Source: Octopus sinensis
Taxonomy: Eukaryota
Length of the DNA stretch: 12,371 nucleotides
Direction: 5' to 3'
NCBI RefSeq assembly: GCF_006345805.1
Contig: NW_021826557.1
Location: 1 to 12,371 of the forward strand
Positions 9,057 through 12,371 of the stretch are shown in pieces. How positions within the stretch are numbered: the stretch's first letter is position 1; every line of letters starts with the position of its first letter. A program made the translations under genes and the position numbers. The notes under the pieces were generated by a model. It had not been told where the DNA came from. It saw only the letters and a program-made list of their open reading frames with translations, and ran no database searches.

Positions 9057-9333
9057 ACGATTTATACAGCTTCACGGAAATGCTTGAGAACTGGTTTGTT
9101 CCCTAAGCAGACTTACAAAGCCGATCTGAATCGTTACACGAAGATATGAGATAGTGAAATGTGCTAAATTCCATACGATGGAATATTTTACGCTTTTGGC
9201 AAGATGTCGATAAGCAAATCTCTCAAAATTGATAATATCTTTGCGAAGCTTTCACAGATTTATGTGATATAATGTCGCGAATCTTTAAATATATGTGATG
9301 AAAATGATTATGCAACAACGGTTTCTAGAACAG
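9057..9333 (+). other. Possible exon of a host transcript (non-coding, or 5'UTR plus first 10 codons)
   Basis: Acceptor ttaac...actctgtacgttgcag| and donor CAG|gtatgt in non-repetitive sequence. aaaATG at 9304 gives MIMQQRFLEQ ending in phase 0. There is no homology support. Confidence 0.2.
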
Positions 9334-9657
9334 GTATGTATAGTAGCACTTTATACAAAGGAAACAATCTAACAGGGACATAATTGGAAAATTCTGCTCA
9401 ACGTCCAACAAGTAATGTAAAATCATTTCCGTTTATTCAGCAAGTTACAGATTCTGGAGTATCTTGGAAGTTTACAGTCTGATATAAAATATGAATAATG
9501 TTACAGAAATAGTATATATTTTCATGTATCTGCTCATGCGCAACGATCCGGATGCCTATATTGTATTTAGGAAACAAAATCTTGTTCCGAGTATAAACTG
9601 TGGTTTTCCTATCTATTTAGTGACTAGATATATTCGGAGAAACCTACTGAAGCTACA

Positions 9658-9890
9658 AGTATGGTTGGGTCGTGAAGAAGTTAGCTTCAAGCTATGTGAT
9701 TTCAGGTTCAGTCCTATTGCGTGGCATCTTGGGCAAGTAATACCTACTATATCCGCGGGCCAATCAATGTATTGTGGGTTTGCATTTAAATCGCATTGCA
9801 TGGCAACATGGGTTAGTTTGATCGACTAAACCCTTTAAGACAGAGCCCCGGCATAACCGCAATCCAATGAATGAAACAAATAAAGGAATA
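9658..9890 (+). mobile_element. Decayed tRNA-derived SINE, possibly joined to the tail of a second family
   Basis: gaagaagttagcttc...caggttcagtcctattgcgtggcatcttgggcaagt...ctactatatccgcgggccaatcaa..ttgtgggtttgcattt, followed by a tail like that at 280-340. Confidence 0.65.
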
Positions 9891-10062
9891 TATTTTGTCG
9901 GCACATGAAGTCAATTGGCTTTTACTTAAGACGACTATTCGACTGAAGTATATTTCTGATATATATATTCTATTGATCTCAATAGTGAAATGAATGTTAA
10001 ACCCTCTGTGTCCATGACACTAATCTTCAGGGTCTGCTAAAACCATGCACAAACATCTAGAT

Positions 10063-10408
10063 CAGGGGTTCTCAACCATTTGTTATCTATGGACCACTTT
10101 ACTATTTTATTCTGATGGAGCCCCATAGCCATTTGATGTTTAAAAACTAGTTTTAAAGAAATTTCTTTCAGAATTCCTATTTTTGTTTTTCACACATTAA
10201 CTTGTGTAGATTGAGCAACGTAAAATGTTAGAGAAAGAAACCTAGCTGCTTCTTGCAATGCACACCAATACATAGACCTAAAGCAAAATTTTTTCAGGGG
10301 CCCTTAAAATACTATTGTGGATCTTCAATTTACTATTTTGTTGTTTGGAGCCCACAAAATCTTATATGGACCCTCAGGGGCCATATGGACCTCGGTTGAC
10401 AGCCACTG
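10063..10408. mobile_element. Non-autonomous hAT (Charlie-like) DNA transposon / MITE, 346 bp
   Basis: TIRs are CAGGGGTTCTCAACC (10063-10077) and GGTTGACAGCCACTG (10394-10408), matching at 12 of 15 positions. The 8-bp flanks atctagat / cttttgat match at 5 of 8, and the left one fits the NTCTAGAN Charlie target. Subterminal tatggacc repeats occur at both ends. Confidence 0.8.
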
Positions 10409-10803
10409 CTTTTGATCAAGCAATGAAGGTAAATGGACCCACATTAAAGTGGAGTGTGAACGGAGAAGAAAATAAAACATTCTCCCGTAACTGAGCTAGG
10501 AACTCTATCGTTTTTACCAAATAACTGGTGCCCAAATATTCAAACGAATTGTAAATATAAATAGTATATAAAATATGTAATGCATATATAAGATATATTA
10601 TATTTCTATCATCTCTCTCTCAAGTTTTTCTGGAACAAGTGAATTAGCTCCTGAGATTCAGCGTGAAAAATTACATCAATACACTAAATTTGAAAATTTT
10701 AACTTAACTTTAAAATTTAAAAAAGTGCAGCCAAACAGAGAATATCCTATATAAGCATATAAAACTGTGTTTGTGTTATTAAGATATATTGATACTCGGT
10801 ATG

Positions 10804-10804
<1 letters not shown>

Positions 10805-10831
<27 letters not shown>
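10805..10831. repeat. (TG)n microsatellite abutting the PLE terminus
   Basis: Direct inspection. Confidence 0.95.
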
Positions 10832-10834
<3 letters not shown>

Positions 10835-10868
10835 AAATCAAAATAAGCAACAGGGATATCCAGAGGTA

Positions 10869-10956
10869 ATGCAGTACGATCGTTTCAAGCAACTCCATTT
10901 AATCGAACAATGCAATCATTACATTGATTTAAATGCAGAGCAATCCTCAGCAGCAT
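10869..10956 (-). ncRNA. Type I hammerhead ribozyme motif (intact core) in PLE terminal repeat
   Basis: The minus strand reads atgctg-CTGAGGA-[57 nt folding as catttaaatc/gattaaatg and caatgtaa/ttgcattg]-GAAAC-GATC-GTA-ctgcat. Stem I pairs at 5 of 6 positions, or 6 of 6 using the atgcag of the inverted copy at 12314-12319. Confidence 0.75.
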
Positions 10957-10960
10957 AAAG

Positions 10961-12135
10961 ATGTTCTTTCGCCTTAGCGCTCCCTTATTAAATACCAGAA
11001 AATGCCAGTTGATCAATCTCCATAGACACCATCTAAATAGTTTATATTTAAGTATATAATATGTATAAATATTAAACTATTTCTATGTAATTTCTTTTCC
11101 CCCCTCTAATGTGGTAACATGTGGTTTATACTCAAAAGTACTTAAAGAAATTTTATCGTTTTGTTATAAGATTATTCTTAATAATCTTCTTGGTAGCCCT
11201 AAATTTTAACTTTATACAATATAGCTATATTGTTTAAAATGGTTTTAGTAATTACTTTATTTATCCATTTCTTAAAGAGTTCCACTCTCCTGTTCTTAGT
11301 ATTTATATTGGCCTTTATGCAAGTAGCCCTTCTAACATCAATATTCCTTTAGCTAATACCAGGTATTAGTATTTATTGATACATGCTAAATAAGTTAATA
11401 AACATTTTTAGTTTATAATACTTAAATTATTATACATTTTCTATAAATCTTCTCTATTGATGTTAATAAGGTATAAATACATTCTCATGGTTTTAGTGAT
11501 TAAGCTATTTTATTCCTTTCTATGGTGTTTTACCCTACCTGATCATTTCATTCTTTAATATAGCCTTTATAAAATAAATCTAATTTTTGTACTCTTATAA
11601 ATTCATACTTAGTTATATAAAACAATACCGATATCTTCACACCCAACTTAAAATAAACTGCGTAGATTATAATTTAATTAATATATAGTTAAAAGTTTTT
11701 TCGCCTCAGTGCTCCTTTATTAAATTACCAGTAAAATCCAATTGATCAATCTCCATAGATACAATCTAATAAGTTAATATTTAAGCATATAATATGTATA
11801 AATATAAAACTATCTTCTTAATAACCTTCCGAGTAACCCTAAATTTTAACTTTATACAATATGGCAATATTGTTTAAAATATTTAACTATAGAACCCCAT
11901 GATAAAAATTTCCCCTAATGGCTTGCCCCTTTAAATGTCAGCTAACTTCTTGATTTAAGATTTCCTTTACCAAATCTCATTATATTGTTTCAAATTAATC
12001 TTGATAGTTTTCTGACCATACCCACTATGATTTCTGTCGACTCCCCCAGCCCCCTTCCTAACATACATTGTTCCTTGTTTTTTGGCCTTAGATTCTGATA
12101 TACAAAGATTTGATAAAACAAATCTACAAATTAAA
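10961..12135 (-). pseudogene. Heavily decayed PLE reverse transcriptase plus start of GIY-YIG domain
   Basis: Motif remnants on the minus strand, read across frameshifts, occur in the expected order. They are FIKSLY (12117-12100; cf. DIKSLY), NNIMRFG, GQAIRG (cf. GLAMG), KIYRKC (11451-11434; cf. VYRKPT), RRATCI (11333-11316; cf. RAxRIC), LGLPRR (cf. LGYP), MLPH (cf. LPY), GVY (11030-11022) and KEH (10969-10961). No clear YxDD motif remains. Confidence 0.6.
11699..11880. repeat. Diverged direct duplicate of 10967-11240 lacking ~94 nt
   Basis: tttcgcct.ag.gctcc.ttattaaat...ttgatcaatctccataga...aaactat and ccctaaattttaactttatacaatat...tgtttaaaat are both shared. Positions 11081-11174 are absent from this copy. 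Confidence 0.9.
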
Positions 12136-12313
12136 ACTGACCCAAGAAAACAGTGACAAGCTGGGATTTCTAACCAAGTCTTTCTTCCTGATAACTTAGT
12201 AGCTGAAGTGAAGACAGCATGTTCTTTGTCTATCTCCTTACATCCTTGGAGGTTTTAGGTGAAATCATACTAATGTGTCCATCTGCTTTAATTTCATTAA
12301 ACTATATGTCTTT

Positions 12314-12371
12314 ATGCAGCTGGGGATTGCTCTGCATTTAAATCGATGTAATGATTGCATTGTTCATTTAA
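12314..12371 (+). ncRNA. 5' half of the inverted hammerhead copy (truncated by window end)
   Basis: atgcag-CTGGGGA (A6 changed to G)-ttgctctgcatttaaatcgatgtaatgattgcattgttc..., the mirror of 10869-10956. Confidence 0.55.

Larger units (their letters stand above)
10899..12371. mobile_element. Decayed Penelope-like element with inverted terminal repeats (right end beyond window)
   Basis: 10899-10961 is the reverse complement of 12309-12371 (63 nt, few mismatches). It encloses the RT relic, and the left terminus probably extends to ~10832. Confidence 0.75.

Noticed and set aside
59-9829. All ORFs in the supplied six-frame track
   Set aside because: They are short, low-complexity (HT, CV, YI, SL repeats) or lie within SINEs and palindromes, with no recognisable domains. 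Many start at non-ATG codons in what is eukaryotic DNA.
11795-11830. Apparent RT catalytic RYxDD-like motif on the minus strand
   Set aside because: It spans the deletion junction of the duplicated segment and reads RLLRR* in frame, so it is an artefact.
10961-11890. AT-rich block that at first resembles a mitochondrial rRNA NUMT
   Set aside because: No 12S/16S conserved motif was found. The minus strand instead gives ordered PLE RT/endonuclease motif remnants.

Overview
AT-rich, repeat-dense eukaryotic non-coding DNA with no intact protein-coding gene. The tRNA-derived SINE families and compound CA/TA/GA microsatellites look like a coleoid cephalopod, probably Octopus (recognised by eye, not searched). 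The listed ORFs are artefacts of microsatellites, SINEs or palindromes. The window holds about 10 SINE copies or fragments, one hAT-type MITE and two large fold-back palindromes (3738-4093, 4651-5124). It also holds two decayed Penelope-like retroelement (PLE) relics: a GIY-YIG endonuclease C-terminus at 2813-3118 (+) and an RT/endonuclease relic at about 10961-12135 (-) bracketed by inverted termini. The main signal is a cluster of six complete or near-complete type I hammerhead ribozyme (HHR) motifs plus one cut off by the window edge. They follow CUGANGA...GAAAC-[mostly palindromic tetramer]-GUH, closed by stem I. Four have unusually long stem II regions (54-104 nt). Two pairs sit on opposite strands at the two ends of inverted-repeat elements, including a ~356-bp non-coding rod-like element with hammerheads in both polarities.
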